Below are positions 1 to 11,300 of a stretch of 44,976 nt of DNA, piece after piece (within the stretch, counting starts at the first letter, position 1; each line of letters opens with the position of its first letter). Under the pieces are notes generated by a model. It saw only the letters and a program-made list of their open reading frames with translations. It was not told the DNA's origin and searched no databases. Origin of the DNA: Nemertoderma westbladi (lineage: Eukaryota > Animalia > Xenacoelomorpha); NCBI GenBank assembly GCA_032718475.1, contig JAUCBJ010000345.1:1-44976 (forward strand), written 5' to 3'. Position numbers and translations under genes: made by a program.

Positions 1-1060
1 TGGTTGGATTGGTGACAGCCGTCGAAGAGTTGGCGATCGAATCGATATAATAGGGTAGTGTGGGGCTAGCCACACGATGAGAGGTTTGGGTACGCGCGAA
101 GATGAATATGCTATGGTTGGTTGATGCAACGACACGAACCAATACGCGCGGGAGGTAACAGCTGTAGGAGTAAGGCGGGCATCGTGAGGTTAGGCTACGC
201 GTAGGTGATAGGCAGCGATTGGTTGAAGGCAACGAGGCGAATCAATATTGATGGTGACAGATGGTCATTAAACACCTCGATTTAGCACCGGAATTTGGCA
301 TTTTTTAATTGCCTCCGAGATGTGGCCCGTAGCCCAGGCTAGGGAGGAGTGGGCCGAGGGCTATGCTTCTCCTACTACTAATGTGAAGGTCTACTGTGGT
401 TTTCCTGAATCAAGACAGTACAGTCCCTAAGATCTAATTTTAGGCTCACAGCGTGTCACTACTTCTACCTTTTGATCTTTTGGTCTTATACTTAGGTAGC
501 AAGGCGTCGAACGCTGTCTAACCTTTCAGGCGATGGGCGAATAACTCAAGATGGTATTGCGGGTTGTCTCTTGTCTACATTCCCGTGATGTTCCCGTTCA
601 TTGCTGCGGCCCGATCTCTAGCTGGCCATCCTGTCCCTTAAGTTTGTTCACCGTAGTGAATCATGGTAAAACAGATAGAAAAAGCAGATTAACGATAATT
701 CTGACTTTATTACAGAAGATATAATTATAATACAATGTAATCTGAAATAAACTAAGCACGACAGAATATTGATAAGATAAGATAATCTGAGAAGTAGTAT
801 TATTGTATAGTAATGAGATATATAACTAATGAACAAATCGCACCTTTATATAGCAAATTTGTGCTGCAATCAATCGAGAACATTCTATAATTATATTGGG
901 TTTTTAAAGATAACCATTGGTCCAGCTAATGTATAACTTGCACGACATTGGATACAATCTAATAACTGCAGTCTCATTGGTTAATCTAGGTACAAACGAA
1001 TGCAATTTAATTTGTAGCGGTTAATTTAAATGAGTTGAAATTCTGTACAAAAAATAATTC

Positions 1061-1135
1061 GCACTTACTAGGATTCGAACTCAATACCTACTACACATAT
1101 AATTTCCAACGCTCTACCGACTGAGCTACTGAACC
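1061..1135 (-). pseudogene. tRNA-like Pol III unit (tRNA pseudogene or SINE head)
   Basis: Minus strand reads GGTTCAGTAGCTCAGTCGGTAGAGCGTTGG...GAGTTCGAATCCTAG, giving an A-box and a B-box followed by a T6 run. Acceptor and anticodon stems pair poorly, so it is not a clean tRNA. Confidence 0.65.
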
Positions 1136-1397
1136 ACTTGACCAATAGGCGTTCAAATGATAGAACAAATACGAATGAGAACTCAAAGCAATCTTTACAA
1201 AGTTAATTCGAATAAAATAAAATTTTGAAAATCCACGGCATTTAGGGAATATAATTCTATAGCCACCTATACTTTGGCGGTAAATTCAAATCTGTTTTGA
1301 CATTGAATACATGAATAGAGTAAGACTGAATCAGAGTAAATTATTTCTTATCGGTTTAACTCACTCATCCGTCCGTTATTGTTGTTGTTTTATCTAT

Positions 1398-1490
1398 TCT
1401 GGGGCTTCGATCAGCACGTGAACAACTAAGCTGACTGGTTTACTAGTCCGGGACTTCGAACAGCACGTGAACAACTAAACTGGCTGGTTA
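1398..1490 (-). repeat. ~2 copies of the 49-bp unit, inverted relative to the 3693-4165 array
   Basis: Reverse complement of CTAGTTAACCAGTCAGCTTAGTTGTTCACGTGCTGCTCGAAGTCCCAGA. Confidence 0.9.
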
Positions 1491-1927
1491 CCTATGGTAA
1501 TGGTCCATACAGTTTTCACTAGAACATGTCCTGTAGAGTAGATATTGGCTGTTATAAACGCTGAGCATTGGTAGACACTTTTTGACCTTTCATTTAACGA
1601 ATCATCACGGTCCAATCCCTTCATACCCGCATTGCGCTTTCGTTCGCCTTTAACTTTATCTTTATTACCCTTACTTCCAGAGCGATGACATGAAAACTTT
1701 TCTACATTGTAATTGGTATATTTTCTAGTTCCTCTAGATTTAATAAATTTTGATCTAGTACTTCCTTCCACGCCCAACTTCCACTCATGGAACTCATTGT
1801 AACTATCGAAGTTTACCGTTTGTACTGAACATGCAATACCGTGATTTGCTTGTACATGAGAAATTATATCGCACTGACTGCCAAATGTGTCACTACAAAG
1901 TCCACATTGTACTATTCCCTGTTTCGG
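1475..1927 (-). pseudogene. N-terminal fragment of a MULE-type transposase (C2H2 finger plus WRKY/FLYWCH-like Zn domain), truncated by the repeat array
   Basis: The open frame extends upstream of the listed ORF: CGLCSDTFGSQCDIISHVQANH (C2H2), FDSYNEFHEWK, then FSCHRSG...CSAFITA...GHVLV. This layout is typical of animal MULE transposase N-termini. No DDE core present. Confidence 0.65.
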
Positions 1928-2474
1928 TTAAAGTTCCGCATTTAGGATTACAGTTTCTGAGTTAGCATTGTATTTTGTCACGAGTTACTAAAGAATAAGA
2001 ATGTTCATTCATAATAATATTTTATCATATTATGTCATAGACAAATATAGCAGTATATGCAGAGGCATTATACACCTATTGTTATTACAGTAGGCATACC
2101 TGCGATATATTTTACTATCAGTTCTCTGCTGTACAGCTGTATATATTTCTTATGAATTACACTACTGTACGCAATATTTCTTAGTTGGCCTAAATAAGAG
2201 ATAATATGTATGTAGGCCTACTGCACATGCAGTAGCAGTAGCTACTACACTGCAGTAAGAAGTTTACAGTATGAAGTCTACTGCTCTAGCTCTTTGACCT
2301 TTTAGTACGTACCCACGTACATACTGCAGCACACACGGTATACAGTTTGTAATGGAAATATGATAATTATGTAATTTGAATCAACCATCAAAAATATATA
2401 AATTCACTGGGCCTTTCTATCATCTATCTACTTGAAATCTAGTTAACCAGTCAGCTTAGTTGTCCAGGTGCTGC

Positions 2475-3648
2475 AGGATAATTGAAGAGTTATCAAAAAA
2501 GAAAGACAGGCATCTGGCTGTTATCTTTGTTGACTTCTTCAAGGCCTTTGATTCAGTCTCTCGCTCACGTATGTTCAGCATACTTTCATTATATGGGATT
2601 CCTGATGAAATTATTGCAGCAATCAGATCAGTATACGATGGTTCGACAACATTTGTGTCTACTGTTGACGGTGACACAGAACCATTTGAAGTGTTATGGG
2701 GCGTCCTCCAAGGAGACACACTTGCACCATTCTTGTTCATTATTGTGGTTGACTATGTTCTACGCATGTCCTTAGATCATCATAATGATGATGGGGTGAT
2801 GATAACTCCACCTACTGGCTCCAGAAGTCGAGGAAATCCTGCCAAGTACCTAACTGATCTAGACTTTGCTGATGACTTAGGAGTACTCTCAGAATCATTA
2901 GAGGGAGCCCAGCGGCTCCTCAGCTCATTAGAACATGCTGCTTCTAGTGTTGGTCTTTTTATTAACTCCAGAAAGACCAAAATTCTGACAGTTAACTTTG
3001 AAAGTCCTCAGCAAGTCTCTGATCGGATGAGCATAAGCTCAAAGGATGGTATGCTTGAGCATGTGGACGACTTCTGTTACCTGGGATCATGGATCCGGAA
3101 GTCAGGTGAGGACCTTCGAATACGTAAGGGAAAGGCATGGGCAGCCTTGAATAGGCTTTCCAGGATTTGGAAGTCACCTAGAATTAATCGGAAACTTAAG
3201 GTCCAATTATTTAGAGCAGCAGTAGTTCCAGTACTCCTCTACGGGAGTCCATGCTGGGCTCTAACTGCTGAGGACACCAAATCTCTGTCTGGATGGCACA
3301 TTCACAAGAATGCTACGCCGGGTACATTGTGTCAAGTACAATGCACACATCTCCAACCAGACACTATATAACATTGGAGGTGTCTCATTGGTTCCCCCAA
3401 GCTTGACACTAGAACAAAATCGCCTCCGCTTTGCAGGACATTGCTTTCGCCGTGAGGACCAGCCAGTGCATAATCTTGTACTTAGGCAGCCTCATGGAGT
3501 GAATAAGCATGGTGGACAGCCCATGACTTTCTTGAGACGTATCTTAAAGGACACTGGCCTTAAAGATGCGGATGATCTAGCAAATGTCATGGGTGATAGG
3601 GAGTTGTGGCGGCGCAATTTTGTTGACAAGCCGGCACAGCATTCTTAA
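2475..3648 (+). pseudogene. Non-LTR reverse transcriptase, C-terminal part, one frameshift near 3290
   Basis: Motifs FVDFFKAFDSV, GVLQGDTLAPFLF, DLDFADDL, FCYLGS, then RLRFAGHCFRR and DRELWRR as in RTE-clade C-termini. An extra TCTG relative to the other copies shifts ORF 2460..3371 into ORF 3310..3648. Confidence 0.9.
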
Positions 3649-3692
3649 AAATGCAGCTGCAATGCAGCATGCCGATCCTAGTAGTAGTACTA
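2475..3692 (+). mobile_element. 5'-truncated RTE-type LINE, copy 1
   Basis: RT fragment, short 3' UTR and (TAG)n-like tail. Flanked by the 7-bp TSD GTGCTGC (2468-2474, 3693-3699) and inserted inside a 49-bp repeat unit. Confidence 0.9.
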
Positions 3693-4165
3693 GTGCTGCT
3701 CGAAGTCCCAGACTAGTTAACCAGTCAACTTAGTTGTTCACGTGCTGCTCGAAGTCCCAGACTAGTTAACCAGTCAGCTTAGTTGTTCAGGTGCTGCTCG
3801 AAGTCCCAGACTAGTTAACCAGTCAACTTAGTTGTTCACGTGCTGCTCGAAGACCCAGACTAGTTAACCAGTCAACTTAGTTGTTCACGTGCTGCTCGAA
3901 GTCCCAGACTAGTTAACCAGTCAGCTTAGTTGTTCACGTGCTGCTCGAAGTCCCAGACTACCGGTAGTTAACCAGCCAGCTTAGTTGTTCACGTGCTGCT
4001 CGAAGTCCCAGTCCCAGACTAGTTAACCAGTCAGCTTAGTTGTTCTCGTGCTGCTCGAAGTCCCAGACTAGTTAACCAGTCAGCTTAGTTGTTCTCGTGC
4101 TGCTCGAAGCTGCAGTCTAGTTAACCAGTCAGCTTAGTTGTTCACGTGCTGCTCGAAGTCCCAGA
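3693..4165 (+). repeat. Tandem array of a 49-bp unit (~9 full copies plus the LINE-split unit that starts at 2439)
   Basis: Unit starts at 3713, 3762, 3811, 3860, 3909 ... 4117; copies near-identical. Confidence 0.95.
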
Positions 4166-4292
4166 TTAGAAAAAACAATTTGAATTTACCGCAAAATATA
4201 GGTGGCAGATCTGATCTGCCACCCTTTCCAGTACAAATTACATATCTTTCATTCATTTGAATTTCCCGCGCTATGGAGCAGGCTGGCACCTT

Positions 4293-4560
4293 TTACGGAC
4301 TTGTGTGGTCTGGTAGAACAGCCTCACCTGGGCACTTAGCCTTATCAGTGGACCGGGACTCAACATCAATGTCATCATCAACGAGGTTGAATAGACTCCC
4401 GAAGTTCGTGTCCTCATCTCCGCCTGCCTGCTCAGTTTCAGAATTATTGCCATCTTCTGGAGGCAAAATTACAATATTAGTTGATTCTTCCGAGCAATTG
4501 ACTGATGCCTCTTGCAGTTTGATGAACGTCGTCGCTTCTGAATGTTTATTTCCTTTATTA
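4293..4560 (-). pseudogene. Possible piggyBac-transposase N-terminal acidic fragment
   Basis: NIVILPPEDGNNSETEQAGGDED resembles the I-x-I-x-PPE...DE-x-SGDE-E motif at the N-terminus of PGBD2/3-like transposases. No catalytic domain follows. Confidence 0.4.
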
Positions 4561-4739
4561 CGACCATAAAAGGTCGGCCTTGACCCTGTTGATTTGGAAT
4601 TAAAGCTATAATAATGCGATGGTGGCCTATGAATAGTAAGTAGTCCGCAGTGTAGAACAGGCAGTAAGGGCACTTTCACTATGTATCGCAGCTAGAGATC
4701 TCTGTTCAATCAGCATTACAATGGGTAGGTGCTAAAATG

Positions 4740-5077
4740 CACAACGGGCAACAATGACCAACAACGAGCAACAATAAACAACAACGAGCAACAACGAGCA
4801 ACAATGAGCAACAACGAGCAACAATGAGCAACAACGAGAAACAATGAGCAACAACGAGCAACAATGAGCAACAACGAGCAACAATGAGCAACAATGAGCA
4901 ACAACGAGCAATAATAAAGTACAACAACGAGTAACAATGAGCAACAACGAGCAACAACGAGCAACAATGACCAACAACGATCAACAACAAGCCACAACGA
5001 GCAACAATGAGCAACAACGAGCAATAATAAAGTACAACAACGAGTAACAATGACCAACAACGAGCAACAATGAGCAG
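4740..5077 (+). repeat. 10-bp minisatellite (CAACAAYGAG)n, left TIR array 1
   Basis: Direct reading; interspersed variant CAATAATAAAGTACAAC. Confidence 0.95.
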
Positions 5078-5302
5078 CATTACATTACGGGCATCCTCAA
5101 ACGTAATAAACCAATAAGATTTTACATATTTCCTCTTGACAAGTAGACACCATTATCATCAGATTTTGCTGAAGCAATTCAAATTACATCGCAGTTCAGT
5201 GTGCATACAAAATCTTTACGTATTCTATTAGGTTTCGTTTTCAGTTCAAGTTCCTCAGGATTGCAAAGAAGCACATTCAAAATAGTTTTAGAATCCCATG
5301 AT
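5078..5302 (-). repeat. Internal ~225-bp unique segment of the Foldback element, duplicate of 32823-33048
   Basis: CATTACATTACGGGCATCCTCAAACG...CATGAT aligns closely with 32823-33048. Minus strand encodes ...LNVLLCNPEELELKTKP...KSDDNGVYLSRG. Confidence 0.85.
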
Positions 5303-5781
5303 GAGCAACAACGAGCAACAATGAGCACCAATGAGCAACAACGAGCAATAATAAAGTACAACAACGAGTAACAATGAGCAACAACGAGCAACAACGAGCA
5401 ACAATGAGCAACAACGAGCAACAATGACCAACAACGAGCAACAATGACCAACAACGAGCAACAATGAGCAACAACGATCAACAATGAGCAACAACGAGCA
5501 ACAATGAGCAACAACGAGCAATAATAAAGTACAACAACGAGTAACAATGAGCAACAACGAGCAACAACGAGCAACAATGAGCAACAACGAGCAACAATGA
5601 CCAACAACGAGCAACAATGAGCAACAACGATCAACAATGAGCAACAACGAGCAATAATAAAGTACAACAACGAGTAACAATGAGCAACAACGAGCAACAA
5701 TGACCAACAATGAGCAACACCGATCAACAATGAGCAAAAACGAGCAACAATGAGCAACAACGAGCAATAATAAAGTACAAC
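5303..5781 (+). repeat. 10-bp minisatellite array 2
   Basis: Same (CAACAAYGAG)n unit; ends at the LINE tail. Confidence 0.95.
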
Positions 5782-6412
5782 TACTACAACAACTACTCCG
5801 ATCGGCATGCTGCATTGCAGCTGCATTTTTAAGAATGCTGTGCCGGCTTATCGACAAAATTGCACCACCACAACTCCCTATCACCCATGAAATTTGCTAG
5901 ATCATCCGCATCTTCAAGGCCAGTGTCCTTTAAGATGCGTCTCAAAAAAGTCATGGGCTGTCCACCATGCTTATTCACTCCATGAGGCTGCCAAAGTACA
6001 AGATTATGCACTGGCTGGTCCTCACGGCGAAAGCAATGTCCTGCAAAGCGGAGGTGATTTTGTTCTAGTGTCAAGCTTGGGGGAACCAATGAGACACCTC
6101 CAATGTTATATAGTGTCTGGTTGGAGATGTGTGCATTGTACTTGACACAATGAACCCGGCGTAGCATTCTTGTGAATGTGCCATCCAGAGATTTGGTGTC
6201 CTCAGCAGTTAGAGCCCAGCATGGACTCCCATAGAGGAGTACTGAAACTACTGCTGCTCTAAATAATCGGACCTAAAGTTTCCGATTAATTCTTGGTGAC
6301 TTCCAAATCCTGGAAAGCCTATTCAAGGCTGCCCATGCCTTTCCCTTACGTATTCGAAGGTCCTCACCTGACTTCCGGATCCATGATCCCAGGTAACAGA
6401 AGTCATCCACAT
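5782..6412 (-). mobile_element. RTE-type LINE 3' part (copy 2), interrupted at 6412 by the BEL/Pao LTR
   Basis: Reverse complement of ~3060-3680. ORF 5829..6167 is near-identical to ORF 3310..3648. Homology stops abruptly at ...CCACAT|TGTACG. Confidence 0.92.
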
Positions 6413-7552
6413 TGTACGCGCACGAACGCAAGGTGGTTATTGTGAGTCCAACTTATTTTGTTCTAGTTGTATAGCCGTGCGTGTTTGGACAGTTCGTAAT
6501 AACGTTACGGACTCGTAACGTTATCGGCTTTAAGTTTGTTGATTTCAATCAGAAGCTAATCTCCAACGAGCAATTTCACAGTAAACCAGATGCATTAGTT
6601 AGATATCTAATTTGTAAAATGTAATAATCATTAGTTTGATTTTTATTAGATTTGTAATTAATCACGAATTGAGCACTTTATTTCCGACACTTACTTGTTA
6701 TGGTGTTCCAGAACGACAATTCGGGTCTGTTTCCTAACTCAAAGCGGGAGCAAGTGACAACAGGGGTGAGACACGCTTACCAATGCTTTGTTCAGGCTAA
6801 CGGACAAGACAAGTGCAAGGGTTTACGTCCTACTCACTGACCGGGTTTGGCGGTTCTTTGTGTTGTCCGGGTCCCTCTTCTAGATATCTCGGAACATCTC
6901 GGAATCTAATCTCGGAGAGTTAGATAAGATAGGCAACCATCCCGGAAAACATAATATCGTTGAGTTTACACATAACACTTAATATATTACTCTTTGCCCT
7001 ACATGCATTGCAATGCACTACAAGTACATGCAATCTTGGTGCATTTGTACAAATAATTATGCTCAATTAGTTAATAGTTAATTATTTTAGTCCTCTTAAA
7101 ACCTAACTAAACATTATCAGATTCTACAAATAATAACCTACGCGCATCGCATATACGCTCGTACAGATTGGTAGAATGACAGATTAATTAAAAGGTCATT
7201 CAGAGACGATATTATGACTAAAATGGGCCGGAGTATGGTGAGGCACAACAATGCAACAACCATATAATCCCTTGTTGTAGTAGCAAGGTGATAATTGGCT
7301 GGCTACACATGCGGTATAACGTGGAGATATTGTGACAAGAAGGGCGGGAATGTACATTAATCCCATAATGCCTTGTCATATCTCGCACTAACCGGCCTCC
7401 TAATGTATTACATGGGTTGTTTTCCATTGTAATGTGTTTGCTTATGGTGGAAGCACTCTCTACCGAGTACAATACCAATTCGCCGTGATGGACCACCGAT
7501 TGTCTCGATATAGCTCAACATTGGCAATGGTTATTACACGAGTGACTTCACA
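6413..7552 (-). repeat. Candidate 3' LTR of the host BEL element (~1140 bp)
   Basis: On the minus strand it starts TGTGAAG directly after PPT-like GAGGCCGG and ends GCGCGTACA at the LINE junction; the nested element's LTR ends GCGCGAACA. There is no second copy to confirm the inner boundary. Confidence 0.7.
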
Positions 7553-8544
7553 CCGGCCTCAAAAGGGTATGCGATATATTCAAAAATATATTTAAAATAT
7601 ATTTTACAAAAATAGTTAATATAGAGTATACTCCTTTTCAAAATAACTGCGAACAAGGGTAATAACGACTAAATATGTAATTTGTAATATGTAATTTCTA
7701 ATCAAAATATATATACATATTTACACTAAATCATTACTTGTTAGCATAATTAGTAAAGCAACTCTTAGTCTCAGTCTTTAAGAAGTTCTAATTTTAGTCA
7801 GGTGTACAACGATGTTTCTTTCTATGAGTCCTTTTCTTATCGTCAATATCAGGATTAGATTTACTGATAGAAACGTTTCCTTTGGTCTTAGCCTTTAATT
7901 GTTGTTTATTCCCCTTAAGATCTAAAGTGTCTTTAAGTCTAGGGTGCTTAACAACTATCATGTCACTGTCATTAGTATCAGTCTTATTCTCCTTGTCAAG
8001 ATTTGTACTGGTATGAAATCTTTTAGTTGCAGCGGAGGTAGATGATTGATCTTGTTGAAATACCGTCGTCTTACGTCTCTTAATAATTCTACTTTCCAAA
8101 TAACAGATCGAATGCAAATACTTTCGTCCAGGATTTCGCCGCGTTCCCCGCGTAGAGATAGCTTACAGCCTTCGTCCAATGAAATAATGTTTGAGTATCA
8201 CGGAATGACTGGGAAACTGTTTGTACAATTTAAATCCTCTTTGTAAGTCATTGAATATCTTGCTTAGAAGAAATTGACAATATTCAGTATGAAACAATTT
8301 GTCATAAGTTCAGTATGCACTTTTACCCATTATCTATGTTTGTAAATCACTACGCATTCGTCATTAAATAGGGGTTCGGATGGTCAGCGCTAAACAGTTT
8401 AACTTTAATCCCTCTACTTACTCGATTAGTATGAGTTTGAATGAGTTTGCATAGATCGTCACTTACAGTTCGCGTTCAATGGAGTGAGTCGTTACCATTG
8501 AGTTTGATTGTAAAGGAATTCTTTAAACGTCAGCGATCCGAACG

Positions 8545-8593
8545 TCATCATCGTCATCATCATCATCATCGTCATGTCATCATCATCGTCATC
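8545..8593 (+). repeat. (CAT/CGT)n microsatellite
   Basis: Direct reading. Confidence 0.85.
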
Positions 8594-8707
8594 AACGAGA
8601 TCCCGTCACCCGAGTAGATTCGTTGAGAATCGGTAGAATCAATATTTACGTAGAATTCCACACGATTAGTATATCAGTTAGAAATCTTTAAGCGTTAATC
8701 TCAATCA

Positions 8708-8782
8708 GTATATATATATAGTCAGTATATGTATATATATATATGTATATGTATATATATATATCAGTATATAATATATATA
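8708..8782 (+). repeat. Imperfect (TA)n microsatellite
   Basis: Direct reading. Confidence 0.85.
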
Positions 8783-9299
8783 TTGTTGCATAGCAATAGT
8801 CTCCATGACAACAATGTATGCAATGCAAGATACAATTTGTTATTTTATGCTACTACGTACGCTTATTTGTTGTAATTACATAACGTTTTTATCAGTTTAT
8901 TGCATCATAAATTACAATAATTTTAAATTACTTACCGTTATACTGTATATTTAGTAAAGGTTTCGAAATGAGTATTCCGATCCGATGCTAGGTTACCTAT
9001 TAGTGCTCCCGGAAGGGAACCTTGGTAATTGTCTCCCTTTAATTTTAATATTTTAATCTGTGTGTTTCCGATTTAAATTTTAATATTAATTGTGAAATAA
9101 ATAAAATAAAGTATACATGTTAATCTGTAAACATTACTGAATAATTACCGTGATAAATGCTCACTAAATAACTATTCTCAACATTTACAAATTATTATTT
9201 ATTTTGGTTAGCTTAACGGTAAGTGAGAATTAGTTTAGAGTAATATTACATACACTCAGATCTGGATTGTCACTTGGTGGGATAAATATTTCTCCATTT

Positions 9300-11300
9300 G
9301 ACGCAACACCGCCGCGGCCGCTATGAGGGAGGTGAATACCGCGGCCGCTCCTAAAGCCGCAGGCCATCGCTAACTATATAGGTTAACTTGTGATTCTGGG
9401 GGACTTTTCGATGAAGGAAGAGACCAAATTTTTTTATTTTCTCACCAGGGGAGCGGCTCGGAATTCTAAGATATTAGCAACTCTAACATTATTAAATCCA
9501 ACCCTTCGACGGACACGGCGAACAAAAATCCGTCATTTTTTCGACAATTTTAAAATTTTTTTGAAAGGCGCTCTACAGTGGCTCGAAAAAACCCTAGGTT
9601 ATTGCTTAGCCGACGCCGGGATACGATAGAAGGGATTAATTAGTGAATTCGTTTTTTTTTTCAAAAAAGATTACCACGCCTTTTTTCCGAAAATGTCCGT
9701 CAAATTTGAAAAAACGGACAAAATGACTTTGTGGGATCCGCTATAACTCGGCTAATATTAATCGTACGGGGACGAAAGTAACGCGGTTGGAAAGGGGAAG
9801 AGTGGTAGTACCTTCGTATCGAATGGGGGTAAGATATTTATTAATATTTCGGGTGGAAAAAGGGGCTGTAAATGTTTTACTTTTTGTCCGTCTTTTTTGG
9901 AAAACTTATTTCCGAAATGTTTAATTCGACAACGCGGGTAGGAATCCACTAATTCTTTTATGAAACTCGTAGAAGACCATTGGGGCTACGTTCCTATCGA
10001 ATGGGGGTACAAAAAATATGTCGGCAATAGGGGCCAAAAAGGGCCAGAATTTGTAAAGTAGTTTTTATCGAATAATTTTTTATTTTTAACTTTAGTTGGT
10101 TAAGGTACATTCTATACAGTCAATATCCATACGGGGAATTCAAATATGCTATCGGTTTTGCTCCAAGGATGATATTTAAAAAATGAGGGCCAAAATTATA
10201 ATTTCGCGCTTCAAACTCGCTTCGCGGGAAATCGTCTAGCTCGAAAACTACTTAACTTACGGGAGATTTGTTTATACAGACTTATAGTGCGTTAAATTAT
10301 CTATCTAACAGCGTTAATCACAGCGCCGGAGGTATTATAAAACTGGAGCGGCAGGCGATCGTGTGAAATATAATATTTATAAAAAGGGCCTAAATTTTTT
10401 TTTTTAACAAATCGTTATTCCATTATAATTTAGCCTATTGCGCCAAAAGTACCTGTAAAAAGTATCAAATTAACTCCGCTATCTTTTATCTTAACATATA
10501 TAATTAAAATTACGAATTTTAAGGGTCGAAAAATATCGCGTTATTTTGGCCCTTTTTTTTAATTTTTTTGGGGCCAAAAATAACCCCTTCTCAAAAGATT
10601 AAGAAAAAAATTACGGCAAAGAATATACCAATTTTACAGTATTGAATTTGGACCACCAGAACCGAAGTTAGAGCGATTTTAGTGAAAAAATAAAAATAAT
10701 TTTTTTTGCAAAAAAATTAAGAATGGTCAGGTCAATATTGGATTTCGTACCCGCGAACTTAGGTTTCAATAACGTGATTGATAACCACTAGACTATGTGA
10801 CCAAGAGAATTTGAAATTTTCGAGTGACTATTTTTAAACATAAATAACTTCGGTTCTACTGGGCCGTTTGATCTGAAACTTTTTTCATTGGATAGAGGAT
10901 AGATTGTAGTGTCTGAAATAGGATAAAACTTGGGAAACTTAAATACTTAAATAGTGAACATTTTTTCGATATTTCAAACACTGTTATTTCCAGTTCTATT
11001 CATCGTAGAATGTTATTTTTTGGATTAAAATGTAGTTTGGAATGATTTCTAACTATAATCGTAACATTTGTTTAACTTTTTATGTCTATAAAGTGACTTA
11101 AAAATGTCCATGAATATGGTCCAAAATAGCAAATCCAGATTTATTAAATTGGATTTTTGACACTTTTAGCGACTGACACTTGATCATACACCATCATAGA
11201 TCGGTAGAGGATAAACATAAGTTTGTTAAATAAGAGCCACCATTACGATCTGCTAAAGTGCATTTGTACAAATAAGTGTGCAAAAGTGCAAATTTTTTAA
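9300..11300. mobile_element. Probable unclassified non-coding DNA-element insertion in the BEL 3' region; boundaries approximate
   Basis: Composition shifts to A/T homopolymer runs with CpG-rich motifs. Internal repeats include TATCGAATGGGGGTA twice and CCGCGGCCGCT twice. No ORF; no TIR or TSD identified. Confidence 0.35.

Larger units (their letters stand above)
1262..4206. mobile_element. Defective Mutator-like (MULE) DNA transposon with inverted subterminal 49-bp arrays; exact termini unresolved
   Basis: Imperfect ~35-bp inverted repeat: GCCACCTATACTTTGGCGGTAAATTCAAA (from 1262) versus TTTGAATTTACCGCAAAATATAGGTGGC (to 4206). 49-bp units lie in opposite orientation near each end and enclose a transposase-like fragment. 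No TSD found. Confidence 0.6.

Noticed and set aside
1-645. GC-richer start of the window with a degenerate ~105-bp duplication (about 60-250)
   Set aside because: Probably part of a repeat cut by the window edge, but no ORF, terminus or TSD supports a call.
3693-4165. CRISPR-like regular repeats (also 21080-21450 and 39324-39646)
   Set aside because: Head-to-tail tandem units with no unique spacers, no cas genes and a eukaryotic context.
4706-5884. Long Leu/Val/Cys-rich ORFs (also 32476-32815 and 33190-34126)
   Set aside because: They are translations of the 10-bp minisatellite, which lacks stops in all three frames of one strand; not genes.
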